Part shown: in pieces, positions 14,076-22,841 of the stretch
Layout of the letters: the number at the start of each line of letters is the position of its first letter
How positions within the stretch are numbered: position 1 is the first letter of the stretch
Assembly: GCA_022646745.1 (NCBI GenBank)
Contig: CP060262.1
Coordinates: 1,020,001-1,052,000 of the forward strand
Length of the DNA stretch: 32,000 nucleotides
Source of the DNA: Planctomycetales bacterium
GTDB lineage: Bacteria > 4484-113 > JAFGCY01
Direction of reading: 5' to 3'
Program-made: the position numbers and the translations under genes
Notes under the pieces: model-generated
The model's input: the letters and a program-made list of their open reading frames with translations, nothing else
What the model was told of the DNA's origin: nothing
The model's database searches: none

Positions 14076-16844
14076 TCAGTCACCAAATGCGTAGACAACT
14101 CCGTTGTTGCCGCAAATATACAGGCGGCCATCGGAACTGATTGCCGGTGATCCGGAGAAATCAGTGCCAGCATCATACGACCATGCTTCAGTCCCATCGG
14201 GATTAAGGGCATACACAAATCCCGCGTGGTCCGCAAAATACACCATTCCATCCGCTGCAATTGCCGGGGAGCTGTCTATGGCGCCGTTGGCGGAATAGCT
14301 CCATTTTGCATTTCCGTCCAGATCGACACAGTGGAGTTCACCACCAACCGTGCCCACACAGATGCTCAGGTCAGGGCCGATAGAAGGTTTGCTCTCACGG
14401 ATGTCGCTGCCACAGAAGTAGTTCCAGAGGAAATTCCCATCAAAGGACAGCGCTGTCAGCCAGTCGCTGTCATCCCCGAAGTACACTGTGCCATCAGGCC
14501 CGATTGCCGGGCTGCATGCTATCAGGGCCGCTGAATCGTAGGACCACAGGAGCACACCATTTGGGGAGTAGGATTCAATCTTCTGGTTGAGCGATTCCAG
14601 CACAAGGTTGCCATCACGGTCAATTGCCACGGATGTTGCTCCACCCTGGGTTGGCTCAAACATGCGGATGCTGCCTTCGCTTGAGACCCCTGTCACGTTG
14701 CCATTGATTGCATTGACATACACCGTCCCATCCCTGCCTATTGCCGGCGAGCCCCATACACTAAGGAACACTGAGGCTGTCCAGTATTCGGCACCATTTG
14801 CAGTCAATGCATACAGGAGTCCATTATCGGTGCCGACATAGACATTTCCTTCCGGGCCAATGGTTGGAGTACTGTGCAGATTCGTGCCTGAGGCGTAGGT
14901 CAGCCAGTCCTGCGTCCCTTCCGGTGTCAAGGCCAGTACGTATCCGTCATGACGACTGACATATATCCTTCCATCGGCACCTATTGAAGGCGAGGAATCA
15001 ACCACGGACAAGGTCGGAAAGCTCCACAGCAGGTTGCTCGTCTGCGGCCCGGCGTATGGGCTCAGGCCCCTGCGGTCCGGACCCATGCCGTATGTTGACC
15101 ATTCGGAAGGCAGCGTGATGTCAATGTATGCCGTCGCCTGCCCGCCCTTGTCGTCAGTCACACGCAGAACCGGAGTGAACCAGCCCATGTAGGGGTAGGT
15201 GTATGTCACCTGGGTCGATTGCCCTGACTGCTCGTAGCTGCCGTCGTTGTTGAAGTCCCACTCGTACAGCACGATCTCCCCGTCAGGGTCGAAACTGCCG
15301 TCCGCGTAGAACCGGACAACGAACGGCGCATAGCCGGTCGTCACGTCTGAGTTCAGCACAGCTGTCGGCAGCTCGTTGGCAGGGTCTGTCCCCGTTACGC
15401 CGATCGCAACACTCGCCACTGCCCAGGCCGCGGAACTGTCCACCACCCGCAGCTTCGGGTTGTAGGTACCAGCCGCACCATACTCAAAGGAAGTCTCATA
15501 GCCGCTGGTGTCATCCTCGAAGAAGCCGTCACCGTCAAAGTCCCAGTAGATCCCCAGCGCTGATGCGTCATCCTCACTGTCCTGGGCCTCACCCGTGAAG
15601 TTCACCATCAACGGGGCCACTCCGCTCTGGGGGTCCGCGGCCAGGCTGACCGCCGGGCGCGTGTTGCCACTGATCAGCAGCGATATGCTGCCAAGCGCCA
15701 CAGCCGTCCCGTCCGCGGAATGGCCGCGCACCAGCGGCCGGATGATGCCCGGACCGGGGATCGCCGCGAGCTGGAAGCCCGTTGCGTCGTCAAGCAAATC
15801 GAATATGCCGTCTCCATCCAGGTCCCAGTCGTACAGGTCCGCTCCGCCCGCCGTCAGCCCGATCGAGGCATTCAGGCTTGCGCTCACCGTATCCGTCTCC
15901 ACGCTCAGGCCCGGCACCACTCCTTCCTCCACCGTCGCCGTGACCACCTCACTCAGGGGACTGCGGTTGCCGGAGAGGTCCACTGACTGGATCCCCACAT
16001 GGACTGCACCGGACAGACCATCCAGCAGGTGGCGCGTACTTCCCTCGAGGTATGGCAACTGCTTCACGCCAGCTGCCTGGGGGTTGATGAAGGGCTTGCT
16101 GCCATAGCTGATCACATACCCGGCCAGGTCCGCCGCCGGTACGGGCAGCCAGCTCAGCTCAACACCTCCATTCACGGCCTGCGCTGCCAGACCCAGCGGC
16201 TGCGCCGGTGCCGTCGCGTCCGCCAGGTCAAGCGTGTTCAGGCCGAGCCCCACCAGGTCCAGCGAACTGCCAGGCTCAACGAGCACCATCACGAATGTGT
16301 TGCCCAATGTGCTCGTGAAGTCATCCGCGCTGTCGCGCGCCAGCTCCAGCCTGACGTGGCTGTCCTGGAAGGGTCCGTGCCAGGCCCAGCGCTTGCTGCC
16401 ATAGTCACTGACCCCCACCGAATAGCGGGAACCGCTGCCCAGCAGGTTGGCATCAATGCTCAGCACCGCCGGCTGCTCGGACTGCAGGCTGACCCGGTAC
16501 ATCACCCAGGCCGGCACTGAATCACCATTCAGCCTCGCCGCCTCCTGGTTGCTGCTCACATCCCCGCCGCTGCTGAAATACTGCACACCGGGAATGAACT
16601 CCGTAGCTTCATTCAGCGACGATCCACTGCGCAGCAGCTCCACCGCATGCCCTGCGTCGTCAAGCTCCTCCCAGGGTTGCAGCCGGTCGGAGGGGAGTGT
16701 CGAGACTGGCCCTTGTTGGGCTTCAAATGCAGACGCGTCCACGCCCGCGAACCCGTTTGGAGCAGACCCTTTCAATCCGCTGCTGCAGGAAACCACCAAC
16801 ATCCCACTCGTTAGCAGGACCAGGAGATACACCACAACTTTCAT
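14076..16844 (-). CDS. Modular surface lipoprotein A2: same stalk as A1, diverged PQQ-like propeller
   Basis: The track ORF starts at TTG 16856; I prefer ATG 16844, giving MKVVVYLLVLLTSGMLVVSCSSG with a lipobox. Residues from LPSDRLQPWEELD to ...DITLPSEWST are almost identical to A1. The C-terminal propeller matches A1 at only about half of positions by eye. Confidence 0.85.
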   Translation of the reverse strand: MKVVVYLLVLLTSGMLVVSCSSGLKGSAPNGFAGVDASAFEAQQGPVSTLPSDRLQPWEELDDAGHAVELLRSGSSLNEATEFIPGVQYFSSGGDVSSNQEAARLNGDSVPAWVMYRVSLQSEQPAVLSIDANLLGSGSRYSVGVSDYGSKRWAWHGPFQDSHVRLELARDSADDFTSTLGNTFVMVLVEPGSSLDLVGLGLNTLDLADATAPAQPLGLAAQAVNGGVELSWLPVPAADLAGYVISYGSKPFINPQAAGVKQLPYLEGSTRHLLDGLSGAVHVGIQSVDLSGNRSPLSEVVTATVEEGVVPGLSVETDTVSASLNASIGLTAGGADLYDWDLDGDGIFDLLDDATGFQLAAIPGPGIIRPLVRGHSADGTAVALGSISLLISGNTRPAVSLAADPQSGVAPLMVNFTGEAQDSEDDASALGIYWDFDGDGFFEDDTSGYETSFEYGAAGTYNPKLRVVDSSAAWAVASVAIGVTGTDPANELPTAVLNSDVTTGYAPFVVRFYADGSFDPDGEIVLYEWDFNNDGSYEQSGQSTQVTYTYPYMGWFTPVLRVTDDKGGQATAYIDITLPSEWSTYGMGPDRRGLSPYAGPQTSNLLWSFPTLSVVDSSPSIGADGRIYVSRHDGYVLALTPEGTQDWLTYASGTNLHSTPTIGPEGNVYVGTDNGLLYALTANGAEYWTASVFLSVWGSPAIGRDGTVYVNAINGNVTGVSSEGSIRMFEPTQGGATSVAIDRDGNLVLESLNQKIESYSPNGVLLWSYDSAALIACSPAIGPDGTVYFGDDSDWLTALSFDGNFLWNYFCGSDIRESKPSIGPDLSICVGTVGGELHCVDLDGNAKWSYSANGAIDSSPAIAADGMVYFADHAGFVYALNPDGTEAWSYDAGTDFSGSPAISSDGRLYICGNNGVVYAFGD
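15023..16697. repeat. Near-identical direct repeat, A2 copy (partner 12201-13875)
   Basis: See the A1 copy. Identity decays at ...ccacagcaggttg (low end) and at ccggtcggagggga (high end). Confidence 0.9.
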
Positions 16845-16890
16845 GGCAAACCCCAAGCTTGAAGTGAGTTTGATTTTAAGCCCAACTCAT

Positions 16891-16899
16891 CTGATTCCA
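16891..16899 (-). promoter_or_regulatory. TGGAATCAG motif (variant of TAGAATCAG), candidate -10 element upstream of A2
   Basis: The plus strand reads ctgattcca. On the minus strand TGGAAT ends 38 nt (TTG 16856) or 50 nt (ATG 16844) upstream of the start. Confidence 0.25.
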
Positions 16900-16977
16900 G
16901 CACCGTGCTGGGAGAAATTCCCCAAGCTCATGTGTAGGGTGCCTGAATTGGCCGGCACACTGTCCAGGGACTCATCG

Positions 16978-17056
16978 AGCACTTCACAGGTGTGGTTCGG
17001 ACGCCATTAGCAATTATTCACTTGTACGGGGCCCCGCTGAGGGACCCCGTTTTTTT
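16978..17056 (+). repeat. Conserved ~80-nt element, copy 2
   Basis: agcacttcacaggtgtggttcggacgccattagcaattattcacttgtac followed by the hairpin. It lies immediately after the B1 stop (17055-17057), with no plus-strand gene upstream. Confidence 0.8.
17028..17056 (+). terminator. Hairpin plus T7 (terminator-like), copy 2
   Basis: ggggcccc (17028-17035), loop gctga, gggacccc (17041-17048), then g and T7 (17050-17056). Relative to copy 1, one stem pair changed T-A to C-G (compensatory) and one C-A mismatch appeared. Confidence 0.6.
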
Positions 17057-19919
17057 AGCGAATTTCAACGGCATATTTGCAGCTGAACTGCTCCCTGAAA
17101 ACAAAAGCCAGGTGACCATTGATGACTGCAGCGGAAAGCGCCGCAGGATTCTGGAAAGCGATCTCCGGGGAACTGCCATTTCCCCAGACTGTTGGATGGT
17201 TACCCGAAGGAGTTGCAGACTCCAATACCACCAACTGGCTTGCTTCATCATCCAGATACCCGATTGCCGGCATGCCATCCAGTTCCACCAGGGTGGGATA
17301 GAATCCCACACGATGTTCCGGACTGCCATCGAGTTTCATGAAGTTGAAGTCGTAGTAGATCTCGGGATCATCCTTTACTGCCCTCCCGTAGAATAGGGAC
17401 CCGTCGATCAGCTCAACAAAGGCAATACTCGCCTTGCCATTGATTTCCCTCAAGGAGCAGTTGTAGCCATACTTCAATCCGGGTTCGGAAAAATAGAGAA
17501 CATTGTCATTCCAATCCGTCTGAGTTGTCCCGTCCGCAGTGTCACTGTAGGCAAACCTGAGCTCATCTGCATCGAAGTCATAGTAGGCAATCGCAGGCTT
17601 GCCGGAAATCTCAGCAAGCGAACTTTCGGTAATGCCTGCTGTGACGACTACAACCGGCTCTGACCAGTCACCGGGATTCATACCATTGCTGGTACTGCTG
17701 CGGCTGTAACGCAGTTCATCCAGTAAGGGTTCCTCATATGCAATTGCCGGGTTGCCGTTGATAATGGCAAGCGAAGGATTCTCGCCAGTATCATCCTCAA
17801 AATCAACTGTTACGAATGACCAGTCATTGAAGCTGAGTCCTTCCACGGTGGAACTGCGCGCATACTTCAGGTCCTGGGGATCCAGATGCCTGTATGCGAT
17901 TGCCGGTGTGCCATCCACCTCCTGCAGGCCTTCGCGGGATCCAACGAAATCGCCCTGGGTCTCCAGTTCTATGACAGTCCAGGGCGCAACCATCCCGAGT
18001 GGGTCTGCTGGCCTGGCAAACTTCAGGTGATATGGAGCAATGGAATTGAAGCTGACTGCAGGCTTGCCACCGACCAGGGCCAGGTTTGGGTTGCCACCGG
18101 TCTGGTTTCCTGCATTCCCTTCCTCAATTGTGACAACCTCCCAGCCTGTAACCGTGTACTCCATCTGCCAAGTGGCAGTGCCACCTTTGCTGTCAGATAC
18201 TCGCAGACCGATGTCGTAATATCCGGGATCAGGGATGTTGAATTCGTACAGGGGGTCCGTACCGTTGTTAGTTTCGAACGTCCCGTCCCCGTCCAGGTCC
18301 CATTCATACTGCGTGATCGTTGCCCCGAATGCGGCACGAGATCCGGAGGCATCCAGGCTGACATCCGTGCTGTAGTAGCCTTTCGGCGGGTCGGTATTGA
18401 ATTCAGCATCCGGCGCGCTGAAATCTTCTCCCATCGGCAGCACCGGTACGCTGGCAACACTCCATGCACCCTGGGAGTCCTGGGCCCGGAAGCGGGCGTT
18501 GAACAGGCCGGGGATGAGGTATGTGAAAGGATCGGGGCTGGCGGTGTCCGTATCCGGTTCGAAGATGCCATCGCCATTGAAGTCCCATGCGTAGGCCAGC
18601 TCAGCACCGTCCTCCGCATCCTCGGCGGTGCCGGCAAATGTCACATCAAGCGGAGTGCTGCCGCTCTGCGGACTGGCAACCGCTGTAACATAGGGCGCAC
18701 TGTTGCCACTGACAAGCAGGCTCAGCCCGCCAAGCGCCACGGCCTCGCCGGATGCATCAATGGCCCGTACACGGGGACGGATGATACCCGTGGCGGAAGT
18801 GTCAGCAGTCTGGCTGCCGCTGCTGTCATTCTCAACTTCAAACACGCCGTCGCCGTCCAGGTCCCAGTCATAACTGTCGGCTCCGCTGGCAGTCAACTGG
18901 ATCACATCATTGATCGAACCGCCGGGAGCGCTGCCCGTCAGCAACAGTGCCGGAGCATCACCAGCCAGAGGGCCGGCATCCATCACCGCAGTCGCTGCGC
19001 TTTCATTTCCGGAGAAGTCAACGGCGCTGATCGCAACCCATGTGCGATCCGACAGGCCGCTGAGCAGGTGCCGGCTGCTGCCCTCTAGGTAAGCGAGCCG
19101 CTGCACACCGGCTGAGTGCACTGAGATGAATGAGCGACTGGCGTAGTAGACCGCGTAGCCTGCCAGGTCAGCCTCCAGCACGGGCGACCATTCCAGCTCA
19201 ATTCCGCCTGCCACCGGGCTGAGAGCCAGCCCGGCAGGTGCTGACGGGGCCTGGGCATCCGCGATCTCATACTGGTTGACACCGACGCCAACCACATCGA
19301 CTCTGCTGCCGGTATTTACAAGCACCGTGATGAAGGCATTGCCAAGTGTGGAAGTCAGGTCGCCGCCTGCTTCGGGCAGGGCTTCAATCCGTACGTGGTT
19401 GTCGCTGAACGGCCCATGCCAGTCCCAGCGAGCATGTCCGTAATCGGAGATTCCGACGAAGTACTCGCTGCCGCTGCCCAGCAGGTTGGCATCGACGCTG
19501 ACGATGCCGGGCTGCTCATCCTGCAGGCTGACCCGGTACATCGCATAGCTCGTGCCAGAGTCATCCGTGCCGTTCAGGCGGCTGGCTTCACCGTTGGCAG
19601 CCACGTCACCGCTTTCGAGGAAGCGCTGGATGCCTGGCGTGAAGTCCGTGTTGCCATTGATTGAGGAGGAAATCCTGTAAGGCTCAGGCTGCACATGGCC
19701 ACTGGCATCCAGCTGCTCCCAGGGCTGAATGCCGTCCGCGGGCAGCCCAGAAGGGAACCCCGAACCTTCCCCTCCGGCAAGCAATGTATCCTGGGAATGC
19801 AAGTCCTCAACAGGACCGGACTTTGGATTCCCCAGCCGGTCCTGTTCAACGCTTGACGAACAGGCGGAAACTGCCAGCAACAGAGCTGCGATGCAGCCCG
19901 TAATCAGTATGCGTGCCAT
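17055..19919 (-). CDS. Modular surface lipoprotein B1: conserved stalk plus NPAIAY-type propeller
   Basis: The signal peptide is MARILITGCIAALLLAVSACSS (lipobox), followed by LPADGIQPWEQLD. The shared domain reads SVDANLLGSGSEYFVGISDYGHARWDWHGPFSDNHVRIE. FN3-like and three PKD-like segments follow. The C-terminal ~360 aa carry repeats such as GTPAIAYRHLDPQDLKYARSS, GNPAIAYEEPLLDELRYSRSS and GKPAIAYYDFDADELRFAYSD. Confidence 0.85.
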   Translation of the reverse strand: MARILITGCIAALLLAVSACSSSVEQDRLGNPKSGPVEDLHSQDTLLAGGEGSGFPSGLPADGIQPWEQLDASGHVQPEPYRISSSINGNTDFTPGIQRFLESGDVAANGEASRLNGTDDSGTSYAMYRVSLQDEQPGIVSVDANLLGSGSEYFVGISDYGHARWDWHGPFSDNHVRIEALPEAGGDLTSTLGNAFITVLVNTGSRVDVVGVGVNQYEIADAQAPSAPAGLALSPVAGGIELEWSPVLEADLAGYAVYYASRSFISVHSAGVQRLAYLEGSSRHLLSGLSDRTWVAISAVDFSGNESAATAVMDAGPLAGDAPALLLTGSAPGGSINDVIQLTASGADSYDWDLDGDGVFEVENDSSGSQTADTSATGIIRPRVRAIDASGEAVALGGLSLLVSGNSAPYVTAVASPQSGSTPLDVTFAGTAEDAEDGAELAYAWDFNGDGIFEPDTDTASPDPFTYLIPGLFNARFRAQDSQGAWSVASVPVLPMGEDFSAPDAEFNTDPPKGYYSTDVSLDASGSRAAFGATITQYEWDLDGDGTFETNNGTDPLYEFNIPDPGYYDIGLRVSDSKGGTATWQMEYTVTGWEVVTIEEGNAGNQTGGNPNLALVGGKPAVSFNSIAPYHLKFARPADPLGMVAPWTVIELETQGDFVGSREGLQEVDGTPAIAYRHLDPQDLKYARSSTVEGLSFNDWSFVTVDFEDDTGENPSLAIINGNPAIAYEEPLLDELRYSRSSTSNGMNPGDWSEPVVVVTAGITESSLAEISGKPAIAYYDFDADELRFAYSDTADGTTQTDWNDNVLYFSEPGLKYGYNCSLREINGKASIAFVELIDGSLFYGRAVKDDPEIYYDFNFMKLDGSPEHRVGFYPTLVELDGMPAIGYLDDEASQLVVLESATPSGNHPTVWGNGSSPEIAFQNPAALSAAVINGHLAFVFREQFSCKYAVEIR

Positions 19920-19960
19920 GCTGTGCCTTCCTTTACAGTCAGGCTGATTCTAGCAGAGCC
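18737..19960. repeat. Near-identical direct repeat, B1 copy (partner 21595-22815)
   Basis: The repeat covers the first ~395 codons plus 41 nt of 5' leader. The offset is 2858 at the low end and 2855 at the high end because a 45/42-nt replaced patch lies inside it. Confidence 0.9.
19944..19952 (-). promoter_or_regulatory. TAGAATCAG motif, candidate -10 element upstream of B1
   Basis: The plus strand reads ctgattcta. On the minus strand TAGAAT ends 28 nt upstream of ATG 19919, and AAGGAAGG (SD-like) lies between them. Confidence 0.35.
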
Positions 19961-19987
19961 CAGCCTGCATCGGATTTCAAATGTAAC

Positions 19988-22774
19988 TCATGGAAGGTAA
20001 TTCATGAATCCCAGCGAGGCTGACTCAGACGTCATGCACATCAGGGGACTGCCATTCAGGACTGTGAGATCGGGCCATGTTGTCACTTTATCGGGAAGCA
20101 ACAACAGCGCCGGATCCCACTGCTGGCCGGCGGGATCCTGGGAGCGCATGTAGCTCAGCTTGTATCCGGGTGCATTGAAGAGGATCGCCGGGTTTCCATG
20201 CACCAGCTCGAGGCTGGGAGGCGAATTCGTGGCAATGATCTCCGCGAGATCCTGAGGCTCGCCCCAGCTGCTGCCGTCTGCAGCCAGGGCGCGGACGTAC
20301 AGCAGCCTGTCCTCAATGTTGTTAATGTAGACGACCGCAGGCATGCCATTGACGATCTGCATGTCCGCCCACGTGCCCGTGTTGGCCGTATCATCAACAG
20401 TCAGCAGCGCATCCCAGGCCAAACCGGTGGCATCCTGTGCCCTACTGAAGACCAGGTGGTCATTTGTAGTGTCCATGCAGGCGATGGCCGGCCGGCCTTC
20501 GACGACCTGCATGGAGGCGTATGCGGCCTGGATGCCGTCATCGATAATCTGTGGCGTGCTCCAGCTGGTGCCGGTAGCATCAGAGGCCCTGATGTAGCGC
20601 AGCCGCGCGCTGCCGTTGCTGTAGGCAATGGCCGGATTGCCATCCACAATGATCATGTCATTGCCGGAACCTGCGTTTGCGGAATCAAGCAGCTGAGTGC
20701 TGGACCAGGCCGTTCCGTTGGAATCCAGGCTCCTCATATAGCGCAGTTCGTTGTCAATCAGCACCAGGAAGCAGATGGCCGGGTTTCCGTTAACGATAAC
20801 CAGCTTGGGGAAGAACGGCGGGTTGGCAACCGTTGCGATGAGCTGCGGAGAGCCCCAGTTGCTGGCCTGAGGATCCACTGCCCGTACATAGCGGACGGTG
20901 TTGTCACTCAGGTCGGAATACGAAATGGCGGGATTGCCATTGACAATCGCAATGCTGGGGAACTGGCCAGTTGCCGCGGTGCTGTCGTCCACTATGCGCA
21001 GAGGCGACCAGCCGCGCACGACAAGCTGGGCACTGTCCAGCGCGAAAGCACCGCTTTCATCGGTGACACGCAGCCCCAGGGAAAAGTAGCCACGCTCCGC
21101 CATGGACATCGTGAACTGCGGAATTCCTGCGGTGGCAGTCTCGAAACTGCCATCCCCGTCAGTATCCCATTCATACAGCACAATGTTCCCGTCCGAACTG
21201 CTGGATGCCGCGTTCAAGGTGAACAATTCACCGGTGGTGACACTGTTGGGGTTGATTTCCAGCACGGCAACCGGGCCCGCTGCTTCGCTGACCAGCACTG
21301 GCACTGTGTCGGCATCCCAGGCACCCTGGGAATCTTCTACCCGGAATTTCACGCCATAGAGGCCGGGGGTTGTGTAATTCTGAACGGCAGGGCTGAGTGT
21401 GTCGGTGTCATCCTCGAAAATACCATCCCCGTCAAAGTCCCATGCGTAGGAAAGTTCAGAAGACTCATCCTCACTGTCCTCCGCAGTTCCCGTGAAGGTC
21501 ACGTCCAGCGGGGCCGGTCCGGACTGCGGATCTGCTACAGCGCTGGCAACTGGACGCGAGTTGCCTGTGATGATCAGCGACAGGCCACCTAGGGCCACGG
21601 CCTCGCCGGAGGCATCACGGGCCCGAACACGAGGACGGATGATGCCGGTGGCGGAAGTGTCAGCAATCTGGCTGCCGCTATTGTCATTCTCAACTTCAAA
21701 CACTCCGTCGCCGTCCAGGTCCCAGTCATAGCTGTCCGCTCCGCTGGCAGTCAACTGGATCACATCATTGATCGAACCGCCGGGAGCGCTGCCCGTCAGC
21801 AACAGTGCTGGAGCATCACCAGCCAGAGGGCTGGCATCCATCACCGCAGTCGCTGCGCTTTCATTTCCGGAGAAGTCAACGGCGCTGATCGCAATCCATG
21901 TGCGCTCCGACAGGCCGCTGAGCAGGTGCCGGCTGCTGCCCTCGAGGTAAGCGAGCCGCTGCACACCGGCTGAGTGCACTGAGATGAATGAGCGACTGGC
22001 ATAGTAGACCGCATAGCCTGCCAGGTCAGCCTCCAGCACGGGCGACCATTCCAGCTCAATTCCGCCTGCCACCGAGCTGAGAGCCAGCCCGGCAGGTGCT
22101 GACGGGGCCTGGGCATCCGCGATCTCATACTGGTTGACACCGACGCCAACCACATCGACTCTGCTGCCGGTATTTACAAGCACCGTGATGAAGGCATTGC
22201 CAAGTGTGGAAGTCAGGTCGCCGCCTGCTTCGGGCAGGGCTTCAATCCGTACGTGGCTGTCGCTGAACGGCCCATGCCAGTCCCAGCGAGCATGTCCGTA
22301 ATCGGAGATTCCGACGAAGTACTCGCTGCCGCTGCCCAGCAGGTTGGCATCGACGCTGACGATGCCGGGCTGCTCATCCTGCAGGCTGACCCGGTACATC
22401 GCATAGCTCGTGCCCGAGTCATCCGTGCCGTTCAGGCGGCTGGCTTCACCGTTGGCAGCCACGTCACCGCTTTCGAGGAAGCGCTGGATACCTGGCGTGA
22501 AGTCGGTGTTGCCATTGATGGACGCGGCACTGCGATCAGCAGGCACAATGAAGCCCTGCGCATCCAGCTGCTCCCAGGGCTGCAGGCCGTCCGCGGGCAG
22601 CCCGGAAGGGAACCCCGAACCTTCCCCTCCGGCAAGCAATGTATCCTGGGAATGCAAGTCCTCAACAGGACCGGACTTTGGATTCCCCAGCCGGTCCTGT
22701 TCAACGCTTGACGAACAGGCGGAAACTGCCAGCAACAGAGCTGCGATGCAGCCCGTAATCAGTATGCGTGCCAT
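19988..22774 (-). CDS. Modular surface lipoprotein B2: B1-identical N-terminus, distinct PKD region, 7-blade NPAIAY-type propeller
   Basis: The first ~395 aa are almost identical to B1. Seven blades are readable: IAIVNGNPAISY, LVIVNGNPAICF, MIIVDGNPAIAY, MQVVEGRPAIAC, MQIVNGMPAVVY, LELVHGNPAILF and LTVLNGSPLMCM. Each is followed by L-x-Y-x-R and ...G-x-x-W. Confidence 0.85.
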   Translation of the reverse strand: MARILITGCIAALLLAVSACSSSVEQDRLGNPKSGPVEDLHSQDTLLAGGEGSGFPSGLPADGLQPWEQLDAQGFIVPADRSAASINGNTDFTPGIQRFLESGDVAANGEASRLNGTDDSGTSYAMYRVSLQDEQPGIVSVDANLLGSGSEYFVGISDYGHARWDWHGPFSDSHVRIEALPEAGGDLTSTLGNAFITVLVNTGSRVDVVGVGVNQYEIADAQAPSAPAGLALSSVAGGIELEWSPVLEADLAGYAVYYASRSFISVHSAGVQRLAYLEGSSRHLLSGLSERTWIAISAVDFSGNESAATAVMDASPLAGDAPALLLTGSAPGGSINDVIQLTASGADSYDWDLDGDGVFEVENDNSGSQIADTSATGIIRPRVRARDASGEAVALGGLSLIITGNSRPVASAVADPQSGPAPLDVTFTGTAEDSEDESSELSYAWDFDGDGIFEDDTDTLSPAVQNYTTPGLYGVKFRVEDSQGAWDADTVPVLVSEAAGPVAVLEINPNSVTTGELFTLNAASSSSDGNIVLYEWDTDGDGSFETATAGIPQFTMSMAERGYFSLGLRVTDESGAFALDSAQLVVRGWSPLRIVDDSTAATGQFPSIAIVNGNPAISYSDLSDNTVRYVRAVDPQASNWGSPQLIATVANPPFFPKLVIVNGNPAICFLVLIDNELRYMRSLDSNGTAWSSTQLLDSANAGSGNDMIIVDGNPAIAYSNGSARLRYIRASDATGTSWSTPQIIDDGIQAAYASMQVVEGRPAIACMDTTNDHLVFSRAQDATGLAWDALLTVDDTANTGTWADMQIVNGMPAVVYINNIEDRLLYVRALAADGSSWGEPQDLAEIIATNSPPSLELVHGNPAILFNAPGYKLSYMRSQDPAGQQWDPALLLLPDKVTTWPDLTVLNGSPLMCMTSESASLGFMNYLP

Positions 22775-22815
22775 GCTGTGCCTTCCTTTACAGTCAGGCT
22801 GATTCTAGCAGAGCC
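21595..22815. repeat. Near-identical direct repeat, B2 copy (partner 18737-19960)
   Basis: See the B1 copy. Identity runs through the start codon into the leader and stops after tagcagagcc (22806-22815). Confidence 0.9.
22799..22807 (-). promoter_or_regulatory. TAGAATCAG motif, candidate -10 element upstream of B2
   Basis: Same sequence and spacing as upstream of B1. A TTGGCC hexamer lies 17 nt upstream of TAGAAT on the minus strand. Confidence 0.35.
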
Positions 22816-22841
22816 TGGCAGCCGGGCCAAGCCGGTGCTGA

